Below are positions 19,153-27,524 of a DNA stretch of 64,000 bases, piece by piece (position 1 is the first letter of the stretch; the number at the start of each line of letters is the position of its first letter). The stretch lies in assembly GCA_964622095.1 (NCBI GenBank), contig CAZUPP010000009.1:63932-127931 (forward strand). Reading direction: 5' to 3'. The notes below the pieces were generated by a model, which worked only from the letters and a program-made list of their open reading frames with translations, did not search any database and had not been told where the DNA came from. The position numbers and the translations under genes are program-made. Source of the stretch: an uncultured Verrucomicrobiales bacterium (lineage in GTDB: Bacteria > Verrucomicrobiota > Verrucomicrobiia > Verrucomicrobiales > CAZUPP01).

Positions 19153-20097
19153 ATGAAGCGAATCTTTCTAATGATGATGCTGGCCGCGCTCCTCGCGGCT
19201 TGCGGCGGGAACTCAGATAAGGCGACGGCGCAGATCGAGTCACCGTCCGTTGAGCAACTCAATTCATACTGGCGTGCGGGTGAAGCGGAGCTGGTGAGCT
19301 ATACCCTGCAGCAGGTGCGTTACGGGGCGGTGCATGAGGGCAAAGAAAACTACGCCGTGCACATCTATGTGACGGAGGACTTCCTTCTTGAGAGCCAGGT
19401 GAAGTTTGAGCGCCCGAGCGATGAGCCGAAGGCGACGGTTCTGAAGATTAATAATATCCGGGAATTTCTGACGGGCATGTATGAGTATAACTTTATGACG
19501 TCCGTCTTTACGCCTTATGAAAGTATTGGTGACGGGGCGGGTCCGCGAGACTCGATCAAGGTGACCTTTACCGGACAGGACTGGTGCGGACATGTTTTCG
19601 CGCAGCTCAATCACCGGGGTAATAATTACGAAGGTGAACTACGCTCTTATTTTCAGAGTGAAGGGGATGAGGACTTCACCGTCGACAATGTGGTGTTAGA
19701 GGATGAACTGTGGACGATCCTGCGACTGGACCCCAATGAGTTGCCGCGCGGCGAATTCGAGATATTGCCAAGCATGACGTTTCTGCGCTTTCATCATTTG
19801 CCCATGGAAACGACGAACGCCACGGCGACCCTGGAGCTGCAGGAAAAATCGGACTACAGCAACGAGGCACACCTGAAATACGAGGTGATTTATCCTGAGT
19901 TTGATAATCGCCGCAAAACAATCTGGTTCGAGCGGGAATTTCCGTTTAAGATTCTTGGCTGGGAAGAAACCGGGATAGGCCGCGAAAAAGGTCTGGTCAC
20001 GAAGGCCAAGCGCAAGGAAATCGTCAAGACGGATTACTGGAGTAAAAACCAGCCGGGGGACGAAAATTGGTATAAGAAGCTGGGATCGGATTCATGA
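19153..20097 (+). CDS. lipoprotein of unknown function (314 aa)
   Basis: MKRIFLMMMLAALLAACGG is a lipobox signal peptide. The mature part looks globular, with no motif recognised. Confidence 0.65.
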   Translation: MKRIFLMMMLAALLAACGGNSDKATAQIESPSVEQLNSYWRAGEAELVSYTLQQVRYGAVHEGKENYAVHIYVTEDFLLESQVKFERPSDEPKATVLKINNIREFLTGMYEYNFMTSVFTPYESIGDGAGPRDSIKVTFTGQDWCGHVFAQLNHRGNNYEGELRSYFQSEGDEDFTVDNVVLEDELWTILRLDPNELPRGEFEILPSMTFLRFHHLPMETTNATATLELQEKSDYSNEAHLKYEVIYPEFDNRRKTIWFEREFPFKILGWEETGIGREKGLVTKAKRKEIVKTDYWSKNQPGDENWYKKLGSDS

Positions 20098-20116
20098 CCG
20101 CCGATCAATCGACTGA

Positions 20117-20647
20117 TCAGTTCCCTCCTAAGAGTTTGCGCTCAGCATATCTGAGTGTCCCGTTGGAGAAAACAATATAGCCGATGGCGGGTTGGCCACT
20201 TGGGTTAAAGGCGAGAGAATTTATAAGACCGATATTTCCCGTGCCGTCGATCGTTTCGATCATCCATGAGGCACCTTTGAACTGAGCATATTTCAAATCG
20301 TCGTTGATCCCGTCGTAATAGCTCATGGCCGGTTGTCCGCTTTGAGTGAAGGCGAGAGAACCGACCTCCGTAATATCTCCCGAGCTGTCGACAGTTTCGA
20401 TTCCCCAATCCAAGGCGCTTTCAATGAACCCAAGAAGCTCCGTATTCTGGCTCTTCAGATTCTCAATTTCGCCATCCAAGGCTTCATTTTGACCTTTTAC
20501 AGCCTGCAGTTCATCCCAGATTTCCTGAAGGCTTTTCATCGTTTCGTCCGGACCGGCGTCAGGACTGATGGGGCCTTGGGCTGAAGCAGTCAGCACGGCA
20601 AGGCCAGAGAGGAGCGGGAGTGAGAGAAAGGCAGAGCGAGATTTCAT
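20117..20647 (-). CDS. secreted coiled-coil plus beta-repeat protein (176 aa)
   Basis: Signal peptide MKSRSAFLSLPLLSGLAVLTASAQG. A coiled-coil-like segment follows (SLQEIWDELQAVKGQNEALDGEIENLKSQNTEL). Two internal repeats are present: GSLAFTQSGQPAMSYYDG and NSLAFNPSGQPAIGYIVF. Confidence 0.6.
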   Translation of the reverse strand: MKSRSAFLSLPLLSGLAVLTASAQGPISPDAGPDETMKSLQEIWDELQAVKGQNEALDGEIENLKSQNTELLGFIESALDWGIETVDSSGDITEVGSLAFTQSGQPAMSYYDGINDDLKYAQFKGASWMIETIDGTGNIGLINSLAFNPSGQPAIGYIVFSNGTLRYAERKLLGGN

Positions 20648-20684
20648 CAGGGGAGGCTAGGGGAGTTATGCAGGCGGTGAACAG

Positions 20685-21398
20685 CTATTTCTGAATTGTT
20701 TGGCGTTTCCAGATGACCCAGACGGCAAGGGCGGGTCCACCGAGACCGCCGAGGAGGCTGAGGATCATACCGCCACCGAGGCCGATGATGCGACGCCAGA
20801 CCTGCGAGGGACGCAGGTGGAGGACGGCCGGCGAGAAATCTCCCCGCATGTCGACGACATACTCGCCGGGCTGGTCAAAGGTATAGGCGCCCATGGTGGT
20901 GCGGATGGTATCGCCGACCGCTTCGCGGGCATGGAGGACGCGCTCCTGCTGGATGGCTTCCCATTCAATGGCGCCATTGTCCTTGATGCGTTTGGCATAG
21001 ACGAACAGTTCGGAGCCCTCCGGGAACCCGTCATTGATGCGGGTGCCATCATCGAGAAAGCTGCGTTTCGCTTCGCCGGATTCCCGCTGTTCTTCGGTTT
21101 TCGGGGCGAGGATGTATTGCTCGCCTTCGAAGATGGTCTGGTATTCGTCCCAAAGGACATAGGTGCCGGGTTGCTCGATCTGCACGGTGGTCGAGCCTGG
21201 CACGAGGAATCGCGTTCCAGCAGGGGCGTGCTGGCTCCACTGAGAGAGGAGCAGTCCCCCGCCCAGCCCGGCCACGAGGATCACCGCGGCCACGCCGAGG
21301 AGCCAGAGGGGCGGCGCGGCTGATGGGACAGGTGCGTCGGGCGAAGGAGCATTCGCCGAGGAAGAAGGAGTCGATGATGAAGGAGCGGGATGATCCAT
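20685..21398 (-). CDS. two-TM membrane protein with extracytoplasmic beta-rich domain (237 aa)
   Basis: ATG start. After a Pro/Ser-rich N-terminus comes TM1 (LWLLGVAAVILVAGLGGGLLL), with a second TM at the C-terminus (IIGLGGGMILSLLGGLGGPALAVWVIW). No family recognised. Confidence 0.6.
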   Translation of the reverse strand: MDHPAPSSSTPSSSANAPSPDAPVPSAAPPLWLLGVAAVILVAGLGGGLLLSQWSQHAPAGTRFLVPGSTTVQIEQPGTYVLWDEYQTIFEGEQYILAPKTEEQRESGEAKRSFLDDGTRINDGFPEGSELFVYAKRIKDNGAIEWEAIQQERVLHAREAVGDTIRTTMGAYTFDQPGEYVVDMRGDFSPAVLHLRPSQVWRRIIGLGGGMILSLLGGLGGPALAVWVIWKRQTIQK

Positions 21399-21413
21399 GG
21401 GTTGAGCAGGCTA

Positions 21414-21435
21414 TTTTACCGAACGTTTGGTAAAA
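21414..21435. promoter_or_regulatory. operator-like palindrome, copy 1 (ttttaccgaacgtttggtaaaa)
   Basis: Inverted repeat TTTACC-N8-GGTAAA. The inner 16 bp are symmetric about a central CG. It lies 16-37 nt upstream of ATG 21398. Confidence 0.35.
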
Positions 21436-21472
21436 TGGCCGGGATAGATGACGTGTTGAAGGGGCTGCAAGG

Positions 21473-21494
21473 TTTTACCGATCGGTTGGTAAAG
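21473..21494. promoter_or_regulatory. operator-like palindrome, copy 2 (ttttaccgatcggttggtaaag)
   Basis: 19/22 identical to copy 1 with the same half-sites, and start-to-start spacing of 59 bp. It lies 75-96 nt upstream of ATG 21398. Confidence 0.35.
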
Positions 21495-21594
21495 AAAAAA
21501 GGACAGCGGATCCGGGCTTGGGGTGAGTTGAGGTGCGAGGGTCTATATCTCGCTACGCTACGCCGGGCGGGCCAGAGGTTGAAGCTCAATTCTG

Positions 21595-22236
21595 TCAGAA
21601 GGTCCATTCCTCAACGGGTTCAAGGGTGAGATCGACCTGCCAGTCCGGGATCTGCTGGCCGGAGAAGTTAGTATAAAGGGGCGCGGTGAGAATGGCGGCG
21701 GCAGGTCCGGCGGGGACCGGGAAAGGATGCTGGTGCACGCGGAGTTCCCCGGCGATGGCGCCGCCGAGGGTGGACCTTGCGATCGGATCAGTGGGAGGAG
21801 TGATGCCGGGCGGGAAAATGGTATCGAGGCGGACGAAAAAATCGGTCGCAAAGAGTGGTCCGGGAGCGCGCCGGCCGGTGCGAAAGGCGCGGAGTTCGAG
21901 CTCAATGTCCAAGGCCGATTCGGTGACGGGATCGAAGAGCTGGATGCGCCGGCGCAGATCGAGCCCGAACCGGCAACTCAGGTCCGAGAAGGAGGCGGGG
22001 ATGGAGCGATCAGGGCGTTCGTGGTGGGCGAACTCCTCCGTGTAATCCGGGAAACGGGCGAGCGGGTTGGCGAGACCGGTGAGGCTGAGGCGCCAGCGGC
22101 GGACCCGCCAGAACCACAAGGTGATGGTAGCGAGCTGGTCCGTCGTAAGGGGGAAAAGGGTGCCCGGGCCGACCTCCGAGGGGGAGGCGGCGGGACGCAG
22201 GCAGAAGGGTAGAGGGCCGATGAAGTAGGCGAACAT
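21595..22236 (-). CDS. hypothetical protein (213 aa) in a GC-rich islet
   Basis: Longest ORF at the locus, with an ATG start and protein-like composition. The overlapping plus-strand ORFs are Gly/Glu/Ala-rich antisense-type. No motif recognised. Confidence 0.45.
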   Translation of the reverse strand: MFAYFIGPLPFCLRPAASPSEVGPGTLFPLTTDQLATITLWFWRVRRWRLSLTGLANPLARFPDYTEEFAHHERPDRSIPASFSDLSCRFGLDLRRRIQLFDPVTESALDIELELRAFRTGRRAPGPLFATDFFVRLDTIFPPGITPPTDPIARSTLGGAIAGELRVHQHPFPVPAGPAAAILTAPLYTNFSGQQIPDWQVDLTLEPVEEWTF

Positions 22237-22257
22237 GGCGAAAGCAACGAGGCTGGA

Positions 22258-22653
22258 TCAGGAAAATTGCATTTCTTGCATTTTGCGGCGGCGATAGGCG
22301 TGGACTTCATCGAGGTCAAGGACGTAGACGCGTTTACCGGGGCGCTCGATCCGGCGCAGCTCACCGCAGGCGATGAGGCGGCGAACAAGGGCTGGGCTGC
22401 AGCCGAGAATGCGGGCGGCATCCTGGGTGGTGCCGCGTGGGCGGACCGGACCGGAACCCGCTCCGACGTAGGATTCATCGGGCTGGAGGGGCTTTTGCGC
22501 GGGCGAAGAGGAGCCGCCGAGGGACGAGGACGGTGAGACGCAATTGGAGGAGAGGCCGCGGTAAAGGAAGGCGCGGGCGCGGGAGGGAGTGTGAGAGAGC
22601 CTGGAAGTGGGGGTGGCAGCAGGATGAGGCGGACGGGCGGCGTTTTGCTTCAT
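22258..22653 (-). CDS. excisionase/MerR-type helix-turn-helix DNA-binding protein with disordered N-terminal half
   Basis: The C-terminal segment TTQDAARILGCSPALVRRLIACGELRRIERPGKRVYVLDLDEVHAY matches the excisionase-family HTH pattern. The N-terminal roughly 70 aa are Ser/Pro-rich. Confidence 0.55.
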   Translation of the reverse strand: MKQNAARPPHPAATPTSRLSHTPSRARAFLYRGLSSNCVSPSSSLGGSSSPAQKPLQPDESYVGAGSGPVRPRGTTQDAARILGCSPALVRRLIACGELRRIERPGKRVYVLDLDEVHAYRRRKMQEMQFS

Positions 22654-22763
22654 ACAAATAAACTACCGCAGATTCCTGCGTATGCAAGAACAAAAAGTGT
22701 TCGCATGAACGGTTTTACGGTTGAGATCAGGCCCTTAAAAGCCAACGTGGAGATCAGAAAGCC

Positions 22764-23345
22764 TCACCTGAACCAATCCGGGGCGTTGCCGGGTTTCCAT
22801 TTGATATTGCAGCCGGTGCTGGGGATGCCTTGAGGGGCGTCCTGGCCGTCGACGATGGCATCGAGGGCTTCGGCGAGGTCCGCGCCATCGGCGGTGCCAC
22901 CGGTGCTGGGACGGGTGGAATCAAACTGGCCGGCGTATTGCAGTTTGAGATCCTGATCAAAGGCAAAGAGATCCGGGGTGCAGGCAGCCTGATAAGCCTT
23001 GGCGACTTCCTGGGATTCATCGAAAAGGTAGGGAAAGTTCCAGCCGGCCTGGGCGGCGAAGTCTTTCATTTTTTCCGGTTTATCATCAGGATAATTTTCG
23101 ACGTCATTGGAATTGATGGCGACGAAGGCAACGCCTTTTTCTTTATATTCATCAGCGAGTTGACCAAGGGCGTCTTTGATGTGGACGACGTAGGGGCAAT
23201 GATTGCAGGCAAAAACGACGACGGTCGCATTGGCCCCGGCGCTGATATCCTTGAGAGAATGCATCTGGCCATCGGGATCAGGTAATTCAAAGTCCGGTGC
23301 GGTGCTGCCGATGGAAAGCTGAAAGGTAGACGGAGTGAGAGCCAT
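22764..23345 (-). CDS. thioredoxin-fold thiol-disulfide oxidoreductase (AhpC/TSA redoxin-like)
   Basis: GSTAPDFELPDPDGQMHSLKD...VVVFACNHCPYV (a CxxC motif) and AFVAINSND. Confidence 0.8.
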   Translation of the reverse strand: MALTPSTFQLSIGSTAPDFELPDPDGQMHSLKDISAGANATVVVFACNHCPYVVHIKDALGQLADEYKEKGVAFVAINSNDVENYPDDKPEKMKDFAAQAGWNFPYLFDESQEVAKAYQAACTPDLFAFDQDLKLQYAGQFDSTRPSTGGTADGADLAEALDAIVDGQDAPQGIPSTGCNIKWKPGNAPDWFR

Positions 23346-23409
23346 AATTCAGTGGAGAGTTGTGAGTATGTTTGTGTTGGTGTGAGTTGGTGGTTTTTCG
23401 ATTGATGAT

Positions 23410-24888
23410 TTATTTTGCGCTGTGCAGGGAACGGCCGTCCACGGCAAGCGCAGCTTCCTTGATGGATTCACTCAAGGTGGGGTGAGCATGGACGGTGCGG
23501 GCGAGGTCTTCGGCGCTGCCGTGGAATTCCATATTTGTGACGGCTTCGGCAATTAACTCGCTGGCATGTTCGGCAATCATATGGATGCCGAGAATACGAT
23601 CGGTCGTGGCGTCAGCGATCACTTTGACAAATCCATCGGTAAGGTCGGTAGCGAGGGCGCGCCCGTTGGCCCCGAGAGGGAATTTCCCGGATTTATAGTC
23701 GATCTCCTTTTCTTTGGCCTGCTCTTCGGTCAAGCCGACCCCGGCGACCTCCGGGCTGGTGTAGATGACATTCGGAATGACTTCATAATTCACGTGGCCG
23801 GCATACCCGGCGATGATTTCGGCGACGGCAACGCCTTCCTCCTCCGCTTTATGCGCAAGCATGGGGCCGGTGATGGCATCGCCGATGGCGTAGATTCCAT
23901 CAACCGCGGTGCGAAAATGATCATCGACTTGGAAGCGCCCGCGATCATCGCGCTCGACGCCGACGCTGTCGTCGACGACGCCATCAGTGTAAGCACGACG
24001 ACCGACACTCATGAGCACGCGGTCAACATTCTCAAAGGTAACCGTTTCCTCGTTTTTAGTTTCAGCGGTCACGGTGGCTTTTCCGGATTCTTCGTCGACC
24101 TCGACAGAGGTGACTTTGGTTTCCAGATAGAAATTGAGGCCCTGCTTTTTCAGGGAGCGCTGAAGGGCCTTGGAGAGTTCATCATCAAAGCCCGCGCCGA
24201 TTTTCGGGAGTAATTCAACGACGTGCACCTCCGTGCCGAGTCGGGCCCAGACGCTGCCAAGTTCCAGGCCGATGGCCCCCCCGCCGATGACCACCATTTT
24301 CGCGGGGACCTCCTGAAACTCGAGCGCGCCGGTGCTGCTGACGATGATCTTTTCGTCAATCTTCGGCATATTCGGCAGCTCCATGGGCACGCTGCCGCTA
24401 GCGAGAATGATGTTCTTCGCTTCGAGCGTGAAGGGATCGCCCTCCGGTGGGGAGACCTCGATCTTGCCAGTCTCCGTGACCTTACCGGTGCCCTGGTGGA
24501 CGGTGATCCGATTCTTTTTCATGAGCGTGCCGATGCCGCCGGTGAGCTGGTCGACGACTTTGTCCTTACGCTGAAGCATTTTGGCGACGTCCACGCTGGG
24601 TTCCTTGACGATGATGCCATGGTTTTCGGCATGATCGCGCACGAAACGAAATTGTTCGCTGGAGTGAAGGAGTGCTTTGCTGGGAATGCAGCCGATACGC
24701 AGGCAAGTGCCGCCGAGCTTGGGTTCTTTCTCAATGAGAGCAGTATGGAGGCCGAGCTGAGCAGCGCGGATGGCCGCGACGTAACCGCCGGGACCGGCGC
24801 CGATGACCGCGACATCGAAGGGGCCGCGGTCGTTGGAGTGATCATTTTCTTGGTTCTTTGCCATAGGTGGTTGTGACAAGAGGAGCAT
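23410..24888 (-). CDS. lpdA: dihydrolipoyl dehydrogenase
   Basis: FDVAVIGAGPGGYVAAIRAAQLG, redox-active GGTCLRIGCIPSK and C-terminal HAHPTLSE. The start could instead be ATG 24864 (MAKNQ...). Confidence 0.92.
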   Translation of the reverse strand: MLLLSQPPMAKNQENDHSNDRGPFDVAVIGAGPGGYVAAIRAAQLGLHTALIEKEPKLGGTCLRIGCIPSKALLHSSEQFRFVRDHAENHGIIVKEPSVDVAKMLQRKDKVVDQLTGGIGTLMKKNRITVHQGTGKVTETGKIEVSPPEGDPFTLEAKNIILASGSVPMELPNMPKIDEKIIVSSTGALEFQEVPAKMVVIGGGAIGLELGSVWARLGTEVHVVELLPKIGAGFDDELSKALQRSLKKQGLNFYLETKVTSVEVDEESGKATVTAETKNEETVTFENVDRVLMSVGRRAYTDGVVDDSVGVERDDRGRFQVDDHFRTAVDGIYAIGDAITGPMLAHKAEEEGVAVAEIIAGYAGHVNYEVIPNVIYTSPEVAGVGLTEEQAKEKEIDYKSGKFPLGANGRALATDLTDGFVKVIADATTDRILGIHMIAEHASELIAEAVTNMEFHGSAEDLARTVHAHPTLSESIKEAALAVDGRSLHSAK

Positions 24889-24966
24889 GACGGGGCGGAG
24901 AGGACAAGGAAGTCATCCGCGCCAGGTCACTACTGGAAATCATACGCTCATCTGCTTTAGTGATTC

Positions 24967-26739
24967 ATGGCAGCGGAAACGACGACCGAGACGCTTTCGA
25001 CCCACCCCGATCCAGCATTTACCAGTTCGCCGCCTGATCCGGACACGGCGCACCTGCCGGATACCGCCGCCGGGACGGCCCATCACGGGAATGGCCGGCA
25101 CGCGGCCATCGGCGAATCGAGCCCAGCGGTGCAGGCGGCGCCGTCGGAGATGGACCGCAAATTCTACCTGCCGGCCGATGAATTTTTCACGAGCCTGCTG
25201 CCGGACGCGGTGACCTACGATGACATTTCCCTGGCGACGGACTTTTCCTCCGTGATCCCGCGCGAAGCGGAGCTGCACACCACACTGTCAGAACGGATCA
25301 CCCTGCGGCTGCCCATTTTATCCGCGGACATGGACACCGTGACGGAAAGCAAAATGGCGATCGCGATGAGCCTGAACGGCGGGATGGGGCTGATCCACAG
25401 TAATATGCCGCGCTCCCAGCAGATCCGCGAGGTAGCGGAGGTAAAGCGCCATATTCACGGGCTGATCCGGCAGCCGGAAAAGGTCACGCCAGACCTGTAC
25501 ATCGGCGATGTGCTGGAGCTGCAGCGGGAAAACCGGTATGGCTTCTCCACCTTTCCCGTCGCGGATGAAAGAGGGCGGCTGCTCGGGCTGCTGCCGGGTA
25601 AAGTGGTGCGTCCGCGCTATGCGGACCGGACCGTGGTGGAGCTGATGACGCCGCGCGCGGAGCTGTTGACCCTGCTGGAAAGTGAGCTGGGCAACGATCC
25701 GATCGCGGTAGCGGACCGGCGTTTCACGGAGAATCCGGGCGTGCACAAAATCCTGGTGGTGGACGGAGACGACAGGCTGACCGGGCTGTTCACCCTGACG
25801 GACATCGAGCAGATCACGAGCGAGGCCTACAGTGACCGGAGACCGAGCCGGGATTCATCCTTCCGGCTGCTGGTGGGAGCGGCCGTGGCACCAAGTTTCG
25901 GGAAGGACGGCAAGCTGGACCGGGATTCACTGGTGGAGCATGTGGGGCACCTGCAGGATGCGGCGGCGGACGCGGTGGCAATCTCCAGCGCGCATGCCTT
26001 TACTGAGGTCATGGGACAGATGGTGCGTCTGATCCGGCAGCAGTTCCCTGAAATGACGATCATCGCAGGAAATGTGACGACCGGCGGTGGGGTGGATTAT
26101 CTGGCGGATTGCGGGGCGAACGCGATCAAAGTGGGTCAGGGCCCCGGCTCAATCTGCACCACGCGCATGGTGGCGGGGGTGGGCATTCCGCAGCTTACCG
26201 CGCTGTATATCGCGAGCCGGTCAAGCCAGCGCAAAGGGGTGCGAATCCTGGCGGACGGCGGGATTAACAAGAGCGGAGATTGCGTGAAGGCGTTGACCCT
26301 GGCGGACGCGGTCATCTGCGGCGGGATGTTGGCCGGTTGCCGGGAAGCGCCAGGGGAGATCGTGGAGATCGAAGGGAAGCGCTACAAACAGTACCGCGGG
26401 ATGGGCAGCCTGGCGGCGATGAAGAAAGGCTCAGCGATCCGCTACGGCCAGATGGCGGACAGCGGTGATGGAGCACCTTCGCCATCACAGAATGGGACAT
26501 CGTCATCTTCTTCACAGAAGCTGGTGGCGGAAGGAATCGAGGCTCTGAAGGAGGTTTCCGGGTCGGTGCGCGAGGTGCTCGGACAACTGGCCGGGGGAAT
26601 CCAGAGCGGGATGGGATACCTCGGAGCGCGCAACCTCTGCGAGCTGAAGGTGCGGGCACGTTATGTGCGGATCACCCCGGCGGGAATGGCGGAAGCGCGG
26701 CCGCACGATGTGATTGAGGTCTCCAAGAAGATTTCCTGA
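24967..26739 (+). CDS. guaB: IMP dehydrogenase
   Basis: TYDDISL, a CBS pair, and [17 protein letters not shown] with the catalytic Cys. The first 61 codons are Pro/Thr/Ala-rich, so the real start may be ATG 25150 (MDRKFYLP...). Confidence 0.92.
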   Translation: MAAETTTETLSTHPDPAFTSSPPDPDTAHLPDTAAGTAHHGNGRHAAIGESSPAVQAAPSEMDRKFYLPADEFFTSLLPDAVTYDDISLATDFSSVIPREAELHTTLSERITLRLPILSADMDTVTESKMAIAMSLNGGMGLIHSNMPRSQQIREVAEVKRHIHGLIRQPEKVTPDLYIGDVLELQRENRYGFSTFPVADERGRLLGLLPGKVVRPRYADRTVVELMTPRAELLTLLESELGNDPIAVADRRFTENPGVHKILVVDGDDRLTGLFTLTDIEQITSEAYSDRRPSRDSSFRLLVGAAVAPSFGKDGKLDRDSLVEHVGHLQDAAADAVAISSAHAFTEVMGQMVRLIRQQFPEMTIIAGNVTTGGGVDYLADCGANAIKVGQGPGSICTTRMVAGVGIPQLTALYIASRSSQRKGVRILADGGINKSGDCVKALTLADAVICGGMLAGCREAPGEIVEIEGKRYKQYRGMGSLAAMKKGSAIRYGQMADSGDGAPSPSQNGTSSSSSQKLVAEGIEALKEVSGSVREVLGQLAGGIQSGMGYLGARNLCELKVRARYVRITPAGMAEARPHDVIEVSKKIS

Positions 26740-26764
26740 CGTGGGCGACGTCGGGTCTTGAACT

Positions 26765-27520
26765 GTGGGCCAATCCTTGGAATGGTCCCGGCGGTTCGGC
26801 AACCGCTCGCTCGCTCTCAGCCCGCTCGCCACATTCTTTATGGACGCCGCAGAATCCACGACCGTGCCCGGAACAACGTCCCAGCCGGATCGGCTTCGCC
26901 CGGAACTGATCATCTTTGATTTCGATGGGACGCTGGCCAACAGCCTGCATCTGGGTGTCGAAATAATGAATGCGCTCGCGCCGGAATTCGGCCACCTGAA
27001 GGTCGAGCCCGAGCGGATGATGTATCTGCGGGATCAGGGACCGCGCCGGATTATGAAGGCGCTGAAGGTTTCGCGCTGGAAGTTGCCGTTTCTGCTGAAG
27101 CGCGCCCGTCAGGAGTACGGAAAAAGAATTACCGAGGTAACGCCCTATGACGGAGCGGTCGAGACGCTCAAAGTACTACGTGACCGCGGTTACCGGCTGG
27201 CGGTCCTGACCTCCAATGCTGAGGAAAACGTGAAGCGGTTCTTCGATAAATTTGATTTCGGTGAATTTGATTTCATCGAAGGCAAAAGCAGTGTCTGGGG
27301 TAAAAAGAAAGATCTGCGGCGGATATTAAAGGTCCAGAAACTGGACGCCCATGAAGTGGTCTACATTGGCGACGAACGGCGGGATATTGAGGCGGCGCAC
27401 GCCAACAAAATACCCGTGGTCTCAGTGACTTGGGGATTTAACAGTGAGCGAGGCCTGGCTGAGCTAAAACCGCGCGCCATGGTTCATTCCTGGCAGGAAA
27501 TGGAAGGCGTCTTCGTTTAA
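26765..27520 (+). CDS. HAD-superfamily hydrolase (phosphoglycolate phosphatase-like)
   Basis: LIIFDFDGTLANS (motif I), LTSN (motif II) and YIGDERRDIEAA (motif IV). The track start is a GTG; ATG 26840 is an alternative. Confidence 0.8.
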   Translation: MGQSLEWSRRFGNRSLALSPLATFFMDAAESTTVPGTTSQPDRLRPELIIFDFDGTLANSLHLGVEIMNALAPEFGHLKVEPERMMYLRDQGPRRIMKALKVSRWKLPFLLKRARQEYGKRITEVTPYDGAVETLKVLRDRGYRLAVLTSNAEENVKRFFDKFDFGEFDFIEGKSSVWGKKKDLRRILKVQKLDAHEVVYIGDERRDIEAAHANKIPVVSVTWGFNSERGLAELKPRAMVHSWQEMEGVFV

Positions 27521-27524
27521 GCAT

